From IMG/VR virus record IMGVR_UViG_3300044972_000601, positions 44,206 to 108,205 of that record: a stretch of 64,000 bases of DNA. One strand, 5' to 3'. This DNA comes from a virus. The position numbers and the translations under genes were made by a program. Position 1 is the first letter of the stretch. Every line of letters begins with the position of its first letter. Shown in pieces: positions 8,612 to 19,267 of this stretch. Under the pieces are notes generated by a model that worked only from the letters and a program-made list of their open reading frames with translations, did no database searches and was not told where the DNA came from.

Positions 8612-11600
8612 TTAAGCCTGCGCTTCACTCCAACGCAACACCAAGTTACAAGGAATAGTTCCTGAACCTGAAGCACGATAGATATTAATAGCCAACACGT
8701 CTGGACCATTTGGATATGTGCCTCGACCACCCAATGTGGTATTTGTAAGTTCTTTCAACGGACTTAGATTCAGTGAATTGGTAGAACCTGGGGCAGCAAT
8801 AAACGAGAAAATCTGCTCGCCTGGTTGTGCGTATGGGGGTTGTCCAAACTTGAATGTTACTGTGGTTGAACCAGCGGTAATTGTTGTAGTATCCGATGTC
8901 TGGTTAAACGTCACACGATAATACTGTGTTGCAAAATACGTGGACAAGGTCACTGATGAAACAAACGTACCACCTGGAAAAATACCGCCAACGTTGACTT
9001 CAGTACCTGTGGTAGCAGAAGTTGCTTCCCAGCTTGCTTTGGTGAAGAATATTAGTGAAGTTCTTGTAAGAGGATAGCTGATTGTCGATGTTAATGTTGT
9101 GGCACCAGCAGTTGAACCGCTTGGGTTTTTACTCAATGTTATGTAGTAGTATTGTGTACCACTGAAACTGCCCCAGAAGTTTATTGAGTTAATAACAGTA
9201 CCAGATTGTATGTTTGATCCTGTAATAGGTTGCCCAGTTTGTAGCCCAGCTGCAATATATGTTGAGTAATTGGCTGCTGTTATAAACAAGTACGGATACC
9301 CGCTAAGAACGGAATTACTGTTACCAGGAATTAGTTCAATGCTAAGTGTTCCAGTTGGAAACGCCACTGACGTAATAGAACTTGTGGTCTGCGTTGCACC
9401 GCTGGCCCAAACAATACCACCGCCACTTGCTACTTGTGAGAAACTGGGCAATCCGCCAGCTCCTGCACCTTGTAATCCGTTCCATGCCACGTCAGAAACG
9501 TTGAGTGGATAATTTTGTGGATTCAGCACACCTTCAATAACAATACCACCCGTGTATGGAGTTGTGCCGGTGTAACCGTCGGACGTAATTTCAAGAGCTT
9601 GTAATAACAATTGAGCACGGTTAATCAGTTCTCTATCACCCAAGTCGCCAATAAGAGCATTGCTCACGCTGGGTGCCAGTCGAATCATGAAAGCTGTTTG
9701 TTTAGTTGTTGATACCAACAAGTTTGTGGCTTGATAGTTGAACAAATATCCACGGTCTTGGTCAAATCCACCGTCTTGAATATAAGCACTACCCCAGTGA
9801 CTGATGTTTGGAGTTGCTGTGGCAGCAACTTGCAATACACCTTCATACTTGGCATGCGTTGCGGCAACACCTGCACTGTATGCTCTTGCAGAACCTGCAA
9901 CAAAGTGAGTGAATGTTGTGGCACGAACTGCACCTGTCAAGTTGCCTGCATTAACACTGGCACTTTTGCCAGTGTATCTAATTAGTTCGTTGTCAATGTA
10001 CACAGTGCCAGCTGTTGGGAAATATGTCAAATCAGATACTGGAATAGTTGTTTGACTGTCAGTCATTGCTTCTGTCAACACACTCTTTGCACCTTCGTTG
10101 ATGACTTCATAACGAACTGGGCTGTTACCTGAACGTTGATAAGCTTCTCTATTTAAATTGTTACCACGCAATCTATGCACAGTGATGTATCGTCCATCAG
10201 GGCCACGCATCATCCAGTCACAGAAACCAGCACCATACCATGTCCACTGCAAGCCAATCATCTGCATCTTGCCCACATCAATGTTAAAACCGCTGGGGTT
10301 ATGCACTCCGCCAGTGCCGTCACAGCGATCCACATTCCATTCTCTTTGCGGAACAGTGTAGTCAACCACACGAGCCATCTTGATACCAGATGCGGTGTTA
10401 ACACCGCGATAGTCTGGAGTAACTGTGATTTGTGTATCGCTGTTAACTTGGCTGACCACGTGAGTCATACCACGAACAACCACACGGTCACCTGCTGCCA
10501 ACTGGGCAATAAAGCGAGTGTTGGTTCCAGTAAGAATATTGCTATCTGGAGAGACTGCAATAGTTCCAGATACTTGGAATGTGCTGGAACGACGTCCAAT
10601 TGCCAATGTCTGGCCATCGTATTGCCAGTAAGGTCCGTTTTGGTCGTCAAATGTGCCTGCACGAACAATCGCACCAGTCCAGTTTTTAACCACCATGAAA
10701 CTTGGTCCGGCCAAATCTGTAGTTGTTGCGCCTAGTGTTTGGGTGGCCAGTACTGTCAATGTTCTTTCATCCACAATACTGGTAACTGTGTATGAGCCAT
10801 CATAGCCCGAGGTAAGTACTCCGTGAAGTTCTATACCTGCGCCAATCTGACATGAATGATCCACGTCATCTGTGATAATAGTAATAATGCTGCCAACAGT
10901 TGTACCAGATGCAGTTACACTTCTGATGTCATAGTTAGGAGCAAACAATGCGCCTGTGTTGTAGTTAATGGCTTTACCAGATTGATAACGAATATATTTC
11001 TTGCTCATACGAATTGCATGACTACCGTAGCTTGGACTTCCTGTGCTTAGAATAACACCGCCATCCAATGGACGATGTAAGAAATAAGCATCAGGACGAG
11101 CGTAAATTATACCACCAATTGTGCCTGTGATAACCACAGCACTTCTGGCGGTATATGTAAGTGTTGTCAATGTTGGAACTGTTTCAACAAAAAACGGGCC
11201 GCCGGCAAATTTGTGATTCAGTGTGTCGCCTGAGTCACTAGTAGTTGATACTATAATTGTGTCGCCAGGTAAAAAGCCGTGGGCAGCTGGAAATGTAACA
11301 GTGATCACAGGAGTTGCGGCTGCACTGTATGTGAACTGTGGAGCACTTACTTGTGACCCAGTATAAAAACCACCCTTACGTAGTTGAATAATTGGGCTGA
11401 ATAAATTGTCGCCGTTTGTAACACCAACTTGTGCCTTAGCATAATAGGTAAAAGTAGTTGTTGTAGGCACACTAAAAATAATAAAACTTCCTTCAGCACG
11501 ACTAAAACCAGTAATGGCAGTGTTGAAACCTTTAATTGTGACGGGCTGACCAACTGTATATCCGTGAACGCTGGATGTTGTGATGGTAATTAAACTTTCG

Positions 11601-12118
11601 CCTGTTGCAGCATTTGTTACAGCCGCACTAACGTTTGCATCAGAACCTGGAAGTTCGTAAATACTTGGATAACCACGCATCAAACTAACTGCTTGCCACT
11701 TGGTAGGTTGTAATCCGTATTCAAAGTCAGCGTCCAGCATGGACAAGGGCTGTGATACACGAGTACGTTCAAACGCATCTGTACCAACTTCTGGCAAACG
11801 TACATCTGTCCAGGGTTTTTCGTAGAATATTTGAAGTGTATCGTTAGCGTTATGACTAGCGGTATTAACTTGTAATGTAATAGTGGTAATGCCGTCAGTG
11901 CTGTCTAATGCATGTGGAAAGTCCGTACTATTTGCTCTGCTAAAACTGATTGCTGTGCTAGCGTTTGTTGTGTCTGCAAAGTTATAAAGAATAACGTTGC
12001 GGGTGGTGTTTGTAATAATCAACAACTGATTAAGGTCAAGTTTACCCGGAACTTTAATAGTACCTACGCCAGCGACACCTGGGGTAAAAACGTAGCTTCT
12101 AATCTGACTTTTGGCCAT
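8612..12118 (-). CDS. Large virion structural protein (baseplate/fibre-associated, repeated beta-sandwich modules)
   Basis: 1168 aa, T/S/G-rich; three repeats of ITIT...HG...G..I.I.G type; TAAATA promoter at 12147-12152. Confidence 0.6.
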   Translation of the reverse strand: MAKSQIRSYVFTPGVAGVGTIKVPGKLDLNQLLIITNTTRNVILYNFADTTNASTAISFSRANSTDFPHALDSTDGITTITLQVNTASHNANDTLQIFYEKPWTDVRLPEVGTDAFERTRVSQPLSMLDADFEYGLQPTKWQAVSLMRGYPSIYELPGSDANVSAAVTNAATGESLITITTSSVHGYTVGQPVTIKGFNTAITGFSRAEGSFIIFSVPTTTTFTYYAKAQVGVTNGDNLFSPIIQLRKGGFYTGSQVSAPQFTYSAAATPVITVTFPAAHGFLPGDTIIVSTTSDSGDTLNHKFAGGPFFVETVPTLTTLTYTARSAVVITGTIGGIIYARPDAYFLHRPLDGGVILSTGSPSYGSHAIRMSKKYIRYQSGKAINYNTGALFAPNYDIRSVTASGTTVGSIITIITDDVDHSCQIGAGIELHGVLTSGYDGSYTVTSIVDERTLTVLATQTLGATTTDLAGPSFMVVKNWTGAIVRAGTFDDQNGPYWQYDGQTLAIGRRSSTFQVSGTIAVSPDSNILTGTNTRFIAQLAAGDRVVVRGMTHVVSQVNSDTQITVTPDYRGVNTASGIKMARVVDYTVPQREWNVDRCDGTGGVHNPSGFNIDVGKMQMIGLQWTWYGAGFCDWMMRGPDGRYITVHRLRGNNLNREAYQRSGNSPVRYEVINEGAKSVLTEAMTDSQTTIPVSDLTYFPTAGTVYIDNELIRYTGKSASVNAGNLTGAVRATTFTHFVAGSARAYSAGVAATHAKYEGVLQVAATATPNISHWGSAYIQDGGFDQDRGYLFNYQATNLLVSTTKQTAFMIRLAPSVSNALIGDLGDRELINRAQLLLQALEITSDGYTGTTPYTGGIVIEGVLNPQNYPLNVSDVAWNGLQGAGAGGLPSFSQVASGGGIVWASGATQTTSSITSVAFPTGTLSIELIPGNSNSVLSGYPYLFITAANYSTYIAAGLQTGQPITGSNIQSGTVINSINFWGSFSGTQYYYITLSKNPSGSTAGATTLTSTISYPLTRTSLIFFTKASWEATSATTGTEVNVGGIFPGGTFVSSVTLSTYFATQYYRVTFNQTSDTTTITAGSTTVTFKFGQPPYAQPGEQIFSFIAAPGSTNSLNLSPLKELTNTTLGGRGTYPNGPDVLAINIYRASGSGTIPCNLVLRWSEAQA

Positions 12119-12186
12119 TTATGACTTCTCCAAATATTATTAATGTTATTTAGCTTAAATTATTGTTGCTAGTGCTGATTTGTAAT

Positions 12187-12651
12187 TTAAAAGTTTTTGA
12201 TGTCAATTGCATCAATTGCTTCGCGTGTTGTACACGCCAATACTTCAGCTTCTAACGCATTATTTGCATCTCGTATTGCTTGCCTAGCTTGTAACACTTC
12301 AAGTACTCGAGAAGTTGTATTTTCAAGCTGATCTTGTTCTTTGGCTCTTTCTAGTTGCCAGTCCAGGGCCATTATCTTTTCAGCAGCCTTAGCCTTGATC
12401 TGCGGAATTCTGGATTCTTTATATTTTTGCAAAGAATCCGCTTCTTTAGCTGAGTTGTATTCTGTAACTTGTTGATCCAATGTTTTGCCTGGCATTGTGT
12501 GTACAACTACGCCGTCAATCAACTTCAAGGTGGCCAACAATTCTGTTGCTGGATTGTATGGATATGCATAGCTGGTGGTGTGTGCGTCTGACTCAGCATC
12601 GAAAAAATTAGTTGCTTCGTTAGTCAGCGGGTCGAATGTGAGATATTTCAT
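12187..12651 (-). CDS. Tail-fibre assembly chaperone-like protein
   Basis: Helical C-terminus RQAIRDANNALEAEVLACTTREAIDAIDI typical of fibre chaperones; follows fibre-tip pair. Confidence 0.5.
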   Translation of the reverse strand: MKYLTFDPLTNEATNFFDAESDAHTTSYAYPYNPATELLATLKLIDGVVVHTMPGKTLDQQVTEYNSAKEADSLQKYKESRIPQIKAKAAEKIMALDWQLERAKEQDQLENTTSRVLEVLQARQAIRDANNALEAEVLACTTREAIDAIDIKNF

Positions 12652-12663
12652 AATTGTCCTGTT

Positions 12664-14061
12664 TTATAAATCATTGAATGGTTTTGTGTCGTACATTAAC
12701 GGCACAATACACGGATAGTCTGTACTGTTGTAGTTACTGCCAATAATTTCAGTGGCTTGAGTTCGTACCATATTGGCCCTAGCAGAATCAGCAGTGGTGT
12801 TCATCAACCAATCACTGGCAATGTGCTGGAAATACAGGCCTGCTCCGCCGTTTGCATTTGCACCGTTTTGACACATGAAATCGCTTTTGCCAATTGGTGT
12901 AAACTGATAGCCACGACTATTGGGATGTTCAAAATCATAAATTGTTTTGCCATCACTTACTCGGATCAATGCACAGTAAATTCCAGCTTGGTAGTAGTAA
13001 CTTGCACAGTACGCCATGACATATCTGCCGTCTGAACTGACTACAAATCTAATACCATAATTCACACCTTGGTCAATGCCATAGCTGGTGGTATTACTTT
13101 GACTTACAATTGCACCTTCTGCTAAGCCAGTTGTTCCCCATCGGTGTACCCAAAATCCATAACTAGGTATCATGTTAACAAAAACAATTTTTCCATTGTC
13201 GCACATCACAGGAATGCCCCGGTAGTTGTCTTCGGTTCCGTTATTAGTTGGGACTCCAGTACTTGCCGCATACGCAGTACTGTAGTTTGCCGCAGTGTTA
13301 AAATATGTGTACAGATTGCTGGAAGTGGCTTGTGTAAAGGCTGCTAATTGCTCAGTGGTTCCAAAAAATTCTCTATTCGAGTACTGACTTAATCTTGGTA
13401 CATTGTTGTAAACCACAGGTTTGTGAACATAACTACCGTTGCTTTCTATAATGCACAGCTGATTTGTTTTGGCATTGTAGCTGACGCGACCGTATCTAGT
13501 ATTACTATATCCTGCATTTTTAGTAGTAACTGTGACATAGCCTTTGCCTAAACTAAATCTCTGAAAGCCGTACCAAGTTGCACTTCTTGGCCCAACAGAA
13601 ATTTCAGCACTGTTATTAAAAATAGCATACACTTGATCTGATTCGTTGACCACTGTGCCTACATCTCTAAAGGCTTGGCCACGTCGAGTCAATTCAGTAC
13701 TTTCTCTAATAAGATCGCCGGCAAACCCTGAGCCCATGGCATGGCTCAGATTGCCTAAAAATCCTGCACTTGGTGCACCTTGACTGTAACAATCCGATGT
13801 GCCGCCCGGTTGACTACTGGTTAGCGCATATCTACTTCCATAGTATTCTTCACTACTAGGTGCTCCTGTGCTACTCATGGTTGCACCACCACCACCACGA
13901 TTACTATTATTCAACATGAATCTACCTACGCAATTATAGTTATGATCATATATGGAGTAGCCGCCATTTGCACTTTGATTTGACCACACTGCAAACGCTG
14001 CCTGCAAGTATGCATTGCTTGGTGTGTAATTTGTTAAAGTATTGCCTAATAAGGTTGGCAT
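12664..14061 (-). CDS. Asn/Tyr-rich putative fibre-tip/receptor-binding protein, paralog B
   Basis: Colinear similarity to 14085..15491 (e.g. PTNNGTEDNYRGIPVMCDN, SSDGRYV, TPIGKSDF, STDYP). Confidence 0.5.
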   Translation of the reverse strand: MPTLLGNTLTNYTPSNAYLQAAFAVWSNQSANGGYSIYDHNYNCVGRFMLNNSNRGGGGATMSSTGAPSSEEYYGSRYALTSSQPGGTSDCYSQGAPSAGFLGNLSHAMGSGFAGDLIRESTELTRRGQAFRDVGTVVNESDQVYAIFNNSAEISVGPRSATWYGFQRFSLGKGYVTVTTKNAGYSNTRYGRVSYNAKTNQLCIIESNGSYVHKPVVYNNVPRLSQYSNREFFGTTEQLAAFTQATSSNLYTYFNTAANYSTAYAASTGVPTNNGTEDNYRGIPVMCDNGKIVFVNMIPSYGFWVHRWGTTGLAEGAIVSQSNTTSYGIDQGVNYGIRFVVSSDGRYVMAYCASYYYQAGIYCALIRVSDGKTIYDFEHPNSRGYQFTPIGKSDFMCQNGANANGGAGLYFQHIASDWLMNTTADSARANMVRTQATEIIGSNYNSTDYPCIVPLMYDTKPFNDL

Positions 14062-14084
14062 TTTATCGATTCCTTGGATTCATA

Positions 14085-15491
14085 TTATGCATTAATATTG
14101 AACAATGCAGTATCATATTGTACAGATGCAAACGCTGGATAATCAGTTGAGTAAAAATTACTGTGCATAAATCCAGGAAGATAAGTTCTGCATATGTTTG
14201 CCTGGGCAAGATCCGCTGTTTCATTCATTATGGAATCACTCGAAATACTTTGATGGTGTATGCCAGCTCCGCTATCGGCATTGACATTTTCTAACCTCAC
14301 AAAATCACTCTTGCCAATTGGGGTGTAAAAATTCGCATAACTGCCACCATTACTTTCATCCCATACAGTTTTGCCATCGCTGACTCTCACTAGGAATACT
14401 TTAGTGCCCGAACCATAATAATTGTACGGGCAATGTACCAACACATATCTGCCATCTGACGACACTTGATGTCTAATACCATATCTAAATCCCTGATCAG
14501 TTCCGTAACTAGTAGTCAAACTTCTATTAATCAATGCACCGGTATGAGTACCATCTGCATTCCACCTGCTCATCCAAACATTATTACTAGGAATCATCTG
14601 TATCCATACTATTTTATCATTGTCACACATCACAGGTATGCCTCGATAGTTATCTTCAGTGCCGTTGTTTGTGGGCTTACCAGTGGCTGCTACATATGTT
14701 GTGCTGTAATTGGCTGCGGTATTAAAAAAGTTGTACACTGGGCCAGTAGTGCCGGCGGCATATGCGGCAGACTGCTCTGCAACTCCTCTAAACAAAGACG
14801 GTGCATAATATCTAAGATTAGGCACTGCATTATACACAGTAGGTCTAGCACCGTATGAATCGTTGACTTCAATGATGCAGACTTTTTTAGTTTTTACGTT
14901 ATAGCTGATACGCCCTTGAATACTATTTAAATTATAACCAGATTGTTTGGCAGTGACTGTGGTGTAATTCTGAGTATTGACGACTCGCTGATGCACGTAC
15001 CAATTCATACTGCGTTGGCCAATTCTTAAATAACCGCTAGTCGACATGAAAATTGCATAGTCTTGATTGGTTTCATTTACTATAACTCCACAATCTGCAA
15101 GACCACGGGCACGTTGTTCATACCCAGATGACCCCATGATGTCTCCGCAGGCATTTGACCCTTGAGTGAAGCCTATTGACAATAAGCAGTTACCAAGATA
15201 ATTATTAAACTGCGACTGTGCATACGTATCATTGTTACCAGTGGTGGTGCTGGTTCGGGTGAATGCACTGGCAGAATATGAGTCAGTCATTTCGTTTGCT
15301 GAAGTAGAAGTCATTGCACCTCCGCCGTTGACGTTGCTGTCATTCAGCATGAATCTACCAATGCAGTGAAAATTGTGATCATATATGGACCAGCCGCCTT
15401 GACTGCCGTTGTTGCTCCAGCAGGCAAATGCAGGTTGCTTGTACGCTTGACCTGGAACATTCCCACCTACAAAATTAGATAATAACGCCAT
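14085..15491 (-). CDS. Asn/Tyr-rich putative fibre-tip/receptor-binding protein, paralog A
   Basis: Paralog of 12664..14061; directly downstream of fibre-shaft genes. Confidence 0.5.
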   Translation of the reverse strand: MALLSNFVGGNVPGQAYKQPAFACWSNNGSQGGWSIYDHNFHCIGRFMLNDSNVNGGGAMTSTSANEMTDSYSASAFTRTSTTTGNNDTYAQSQFNNYLGNCLLSIGFTQGSNACGDIMGSSGYEQRARGLADCGVIVNETNQDYAIFMSTSGYLRIGQRSMNWYVHQRVVNTQNYTTVTAKQSGYNLNSIQGRISYNVKTKKVCIIEVNDSYGARPTVYNAVPNLRYYAPSLFRGVAEQSAAYAAGTTGPVYNFFNTAANYSTTYVAATGKPTNNGTEDNYRGIPVMCDNDKIVWIQMIPSNNVWMSRWNADGTHTGALINRSLTTSYGTDQGFRYGIRHQVSSDGRYVLVHCPYNYYGSGTKVFLVRVSDGKTVWDESNGGSYANFYTPIGKSDFVRLENVNADSGAGIHHQSISSDSIMNETADLAQANICRTYLPGFMHSNFYSTDYPAFASVQYDTALFNINA

Positions 15492-15500
15492 TTATTTCCC

Positions 15501-16694
15501 TTATACCAATTTCCAACCGTAAGTTACGCCTGAATACACCAGTGCAACGCTTACGTTTTTTATGTTTAAAATTAAATCTTCTGTTAACCCCATAATCAAA
15601 CTGGCGTTTCTTGCAACAGTTAAATTGTTACGGTCAAATGTTCCAGCCAAATCAGCAATGTATATGGTTGCATTAGTTGCAGGTGTTGCTGGCAATGTCA
15701 AGGTAAATGCAGATGTGGCAGTATTGGCAAAATATTTTGCACCTGCCACTGCGGTTGTTGCGGTTGTGATAGTAGACCAAGCGCCGCCGCCTGAAGCATC
15801 CACATAACCTTTTGTTGCAGCTTGTAAATCAGTAGTTGGGTTGCCAGCTAGATACACTGCGGCGCCAAAATAACTGACACCGTTGACTCCTATACCGCCA
15901 GCCACTGTAACTGCTCCAGTTGTTGCACTGCTGGATGCGGTAACATCAGTGGATATTAAAGTTGTAAATTTTCCAGAACTTGCTGTGGCACTGCCAATTG
16001 CAGGAGGACTTGCCAAGTAACTGCTAAAACCAGTGCCACTTATACTGGTGGCAGATAATGAGGTAAATGCTCCTGATAATGCCGTTGTTGCACCAATGGT
16101 GACATTGTTAATTGTGCCGGCAGTTGCTGGATTAATGGTAACTGTGCCAGTACCAAGCGGGCTCAGTGTCACTGTTTGATTGGTAGATACCGCTGATAGC
16201 TGGCCTAAAAACGTAGTAAGCTGTCCAGCTGTTCCGAGTGTTAGTGTACTGGTAGGGCTTATAGTGGCCAATCCTGTTGGACTGATTGTTACATTACCGG
16301 TTGGACTTAAAGTCACTGTGCTGGTTGTGGTCAGTGTAGTAAATCTACCAGCGGCTGCTGTTGTTACACCTATACTTACATTGTTTAATGTGCCAGTCGA
16401 AGTTGGACTTAAACTAAAAGAATTCAACGTTAAATTTAAATTTCCAGAAATGTTAACAGTTCCGTCAACAGTTAGTCCGTCCAATGTTCCTGCAATATGT
16501 GTTACACTTGGTCCTAGTGTGGTAGGAGTCAGTAACTCATCGCCGTTGTAACCTAAATACGATCCAGTAGTAAGTTCAATTTTAGTACCAGTCACAGTGA
16601 TAGTATTTGTGACCAAGTTTCCTTGCACATCTACAACAAAATAAGGGCTAACGTAGCCGTGTGCTGATCTAAATAATTTAGAAACTGTAGTCAT
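15501..16694 (-). CDS. Tail fibre shaft protein
   Basis: Repeated G.INNV.IG.T....G.FT.L motif; P..DLQAATKGYVD; C-terminal FTLTLPATP...IADLAGTF..NNLTV.RN domain common in phage fibres. Confidence 0.7.
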   Translation of the reverse strand: MTTVSKLFRSAHGYVSPYFVVDVQGNLVTNTITVTGTKIELTTGSYLGYNGDELLTPTTLGPSVTHIAGTLDGLTVDGTVNISGNLNLTLNSFSLSPTSTGTLNNVSIGVTTAAAGRFTTLTTTSTVTLSPTGNVTISPTGLATISPTSTLTLGTAGQLTTFLGQLSAVSTNQTVTLSPLGTGTVTINPATAGTINNVTIGATTALSGAFTSLSATSISGTGFSSYLASPPAIGSATASSGKFTTLISTDVTASSSATTGAVTVAGGIGVNGVSYFGAAVYLAGNPTTDLQAATKGYVDASGGGAWSTITTATTAVAGAKYFANTATSAFTLTLPATPATNATIYIADLAGTFDRNNLTVARNASLIMGLTEDLILNIKNVSVALVYSGVTYGWKLV

Positions 16695-16704
16695 ATGTTT
16701 TCCG

Positions 16705-17379
16705 TTAAACCATTGCCATGCCGTATGCGGCTGCTAGGGCGGCTGCATAACCAAATGTAACGGCACTGTTTACACCTGCAGGCTGGCTGGTCATTGTTAA
16801 TGTTGTGAATCTTCCAGTGGATGCTGTGGTGGCACCTATTGAAACATTATTAATATCACCAGTGGTATTTGGGTTTGCAACAAATGTTCCAGTCCCCGAC
16901 GGAGTTATAGATATAATTGCATTTGAGCCGCTAAATGCAACATTGCCTGATGCAGTTAATGCAGTAAATGCACCGGCAGCTGGGGTAATATTGCCAACAG
17001 TGACATTATTCATAGAACCTGTTGTTGCTGGTGCTATTGTTATAGTTCCAGTGCCAGTTGGGCTTAATGTTATTACAGCATTTGAAGAATTAAGATTTAC
17101 AGTGCTAGTTGCAGTTAATGTTGTAAAAGTTCCTGCTTTAGGTGTTATAGCACCAATAATAACGTTATTCATTGCACCAGTTGTCACTGGATTAACTGCT
17201 AAACTGTTGGTCACTGTTAAATCTGCAATTGAGCTACCGGTATTAATAAACAACGTGTTTGTGGTTGCATTTGTTGTGACAGCTATTCCGTTTGTTCCCA
17301 CCACATTTAATACGCTGTTGGATGCGTGAAGATTAATGGCATCTTGCCCACTGACCGCAAGTTGTGTATAACTGTTCAT
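16705..17379 (-). CDS. Short fibre protein with NNV.IG repeats
   Basis: Three copies of TG.MNNV.IG..T...G.FT.LT. Confidence 0.6.
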   Translation of the reverse strand: MNSYTQLAVSGQDAINLHASNSVLNVVGTNGIAVTTNATTNTLFINTGSSIADLTVTNSLAVNPVTTGAMNNVIIGAITPKAGTFTTLTATSTVNLNSSNAVITLSPTGTGTITIAPATTGSMNNVTVGNITPAAGAFTALTASGNVAFSGSNAIISITPSGTGTFVANPNTTGDINNVSIGATTASTGRFTTLTMTSQPAGVNSAVTFGYAAALAAAYGMAMV

Positions 17380-18566
17380 ACTGCTGCTCCTAAAAGAATA
17401 GCCTGTAACTGGCCAAGTGTGATAAGTTGATTGCCCTGAGTGCTTTGATTTAAAACTGTTATAGTAGTAAATCTACCAGCAGCCGGTATTGATGATCCAA
17501 CATTTACATTATCTATAGAACCTATATTACTAGGCCCTATATTAACTGTACCAGTACCGCCAGGGCTTATGTTAACTGTTTGATTATTGCTGTTAAAGAT
17601 TCCGTTATTATTAACAGTGAACGTTGTAAAAGAACCACTATTAGAACTTACTAATCCTATAGTGGTATTATTTATAGTTCCCACGGTTGCTGGATTGACT
17701 GTAACAGTGCCGCTGCCTGTTGGTGCCAACGAAATTAGCTGATTATTACTAACAGCAGACACCGCTCCTATTGCTGTCAGTTCTGTAAATGTTCCAGACT
17801 CTGGCGTAAGTGTTCCTATGTTCACATTATTAAAATTGGATACTTCTACAGTATTTGCTGTGAATGTAGTAGTTACATTTAAATTAGCAATATTTTCTAA
17901 ACTAAACGTTATTGCACTAGGAGCAGTTGTAATTGTAATAGCACCATCTGTATTTAAAATGTTTAGTTTTGTTAGAATAAAATCTGGAGCAAGCTCGGTT
18001 TGGCCAGGAACTTGTATTAACCCAATATTACCAATTGCCACGGATCCAGTTTCGTTAATTATCATGAATCCGTCTGACAGGTTAGTGTTATTCCAATTTC
18101 TGAACACACCTAATTCGCCGCCGGCATTTGAACTTTCACCGTCAATTGTTGGAATATAAGTAGGAGTTAGACGTTCAAAATATGTAACTTTAAAAGTTAA
18201 CTTGACATTTACTAATGGAGTAACACCATCATCTTGATAAAATGGGCTGGCTGTTACAATTACCCTAGATGCATCTGCCACGGCACTGAAACTTACTAAA
18301 TCTCTACCATTATTATTCCTGCCACTTACTGTAATTGATGCTTGTTCAGGGCGAGCTGATATTTTTACATTAATATGCTCAACATCGTTTTTTCCGTACT
18401 CTGCAACAATTTCATAAACCGCACTGGAAAACTCACCAACAAACCACGTGTCTATCACAGTGGCCGTTGGAATAGGTATTTCAGATCCTTTTACAGACCA
18501 GTTTACGCCCCTTTTAAGTCTTAGGGTATTTCTTAAGCCTCTAACAAAGTAGTCTGCAAAGTTCAT
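17376..18566 (-). CDS. Fibre/adaptor protein with NNV.IG repeats
   Basis: Same repeat family in C-terminal half; TAAATA promoter at 18587-18592. Confidence 0.6.
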   Translation of the reverse strand: MNFADYFVRGLRNTLRLKRGVNWSVKGSEIPIPTATVIDTWFVGEFSSAVYEIVAEYGKNDVEHINVKISARPEQASITVSGRNNNGRDLVSFSAVADASRVIVTASPFYQDDGVTPLVNVKLTFKVTYFERLTPTYIPTIDGESSNAGGELGVFRNWNNTNLSDGFMIINETGSVAIGNIGLIQVPGQTELAPDFILTKLNILNTDGAITITTAPSAITFSLENIANLNVTTTFTANTVEVSNFNNVNIGTLTPESGTFTELTAIGAVSAVSNNQLISLAPTGSGTVTVNPATVGTINNTTIGLVSSNSGSFTTFTVNNNGIFNSNNQTVNISPGGTGTVNIGPSNIGSIDNVNVGSSIPAAGRFTTITVLNQSTQGNQLITLGQLQAILLGAAV

Positions 18567-18608
18567 ATAGTCTCACTAGTACAATGTATTTATTCATAGT
18601 CAGATATA

Positions 18609-18637
18609 TTGACTGTGCTCGCTAAAAATGCTAAATT
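18609..18637 (+). promoter_or_regulatory. Sigma70-type promoter
   Basis: TTGACT-17 nt-TAAATT with TG extended -10; AGGAG RBS follows. Confidence 0.5.
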
Positions 18638-18658
18638 AATATAAATTAGGAGTTTGAC

Positions 18659-19240
18659 ATGGGTCGTTATTCGGAATATTTCAAAGAAGTATGGAAGTTG
18701 CAGGCAAACCGCAAGGTTATGGGTGTGGGATTGTTCAATGTATTGGTTGACAACACACGGGTTTTTACACCCGGTGATGCAATTATGCCTGTAGAAGGTG
18801 TTGACAAAGCAATACAGATTCTGTCTCAAAAAGGATACGATTTTATCATTATTACGGGCCAACCTTCTAGCAGAACCCGTGCTTTAGAAATGCACGATTT
18901 TGAAAATATTATCACTGGAGCAAGACAGTTTATCGAACAACTAGGCGGCCGAGTTCGCAATGTTTATTATGCACCGGGTACTGATAAAAATGACCCGTAT
19001 GTTAGACCAAATACGGGTATGTGGGAGCGTGCGGCATCAGAAAATAATCTCAAATGGGATGGGGTGCATTTTGTAGGAAGCGAAACAAACGATGTTAAAG
19101 CATCTACTAAAATGAAAGCTATTCCTGTTTTAATTAAAACTGCTAATAGCGAGTCTAAACTCAAAGCGTTTGAACTAACGCATCAAACTAAAGTAAAAGA
19201 ATTTAGCAGTTTATTAGATTTTGCTAATTCGCTGGAATAA
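18659..19240 (+). CDS. GmhB/HisB-like HAD-fold protein, catalytic motifs degenerate
   Basis: GVDKAI..L...GY..IIITGQ, VYYAP....DPYVRPNTGMWE.A, FVG....DV.A match the GmhB scaffold but DxD is missing. Confidence 0.65.
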   Translation: MGRYSEYFKEVWKLQANRKVMGVGLFNVLVDNTRVFTPGDAIMPVEGVDKAIQILSQKGYDFIIITGQPSSRTRALEMHDFENIITGARQFIEQLGGRVRNVYYAPGTDKNDPYVRPNTGMWERAASENNLKWDGVHFVGSETNDVKASTKMKAIPVLIKTANSESKLKAFELTHQTKVKEFSSLLDFANSLE

Positions 19241-19267
19241 AAAAAGGAGCTAAATGCTCCTTTTTTA
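19239..19267. terminator. Bidirectional intrinsic terminator
   Basis: aaaaaaaggagc-taaat-gctcctttttt between convergent genes. Confidence 0.85.
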
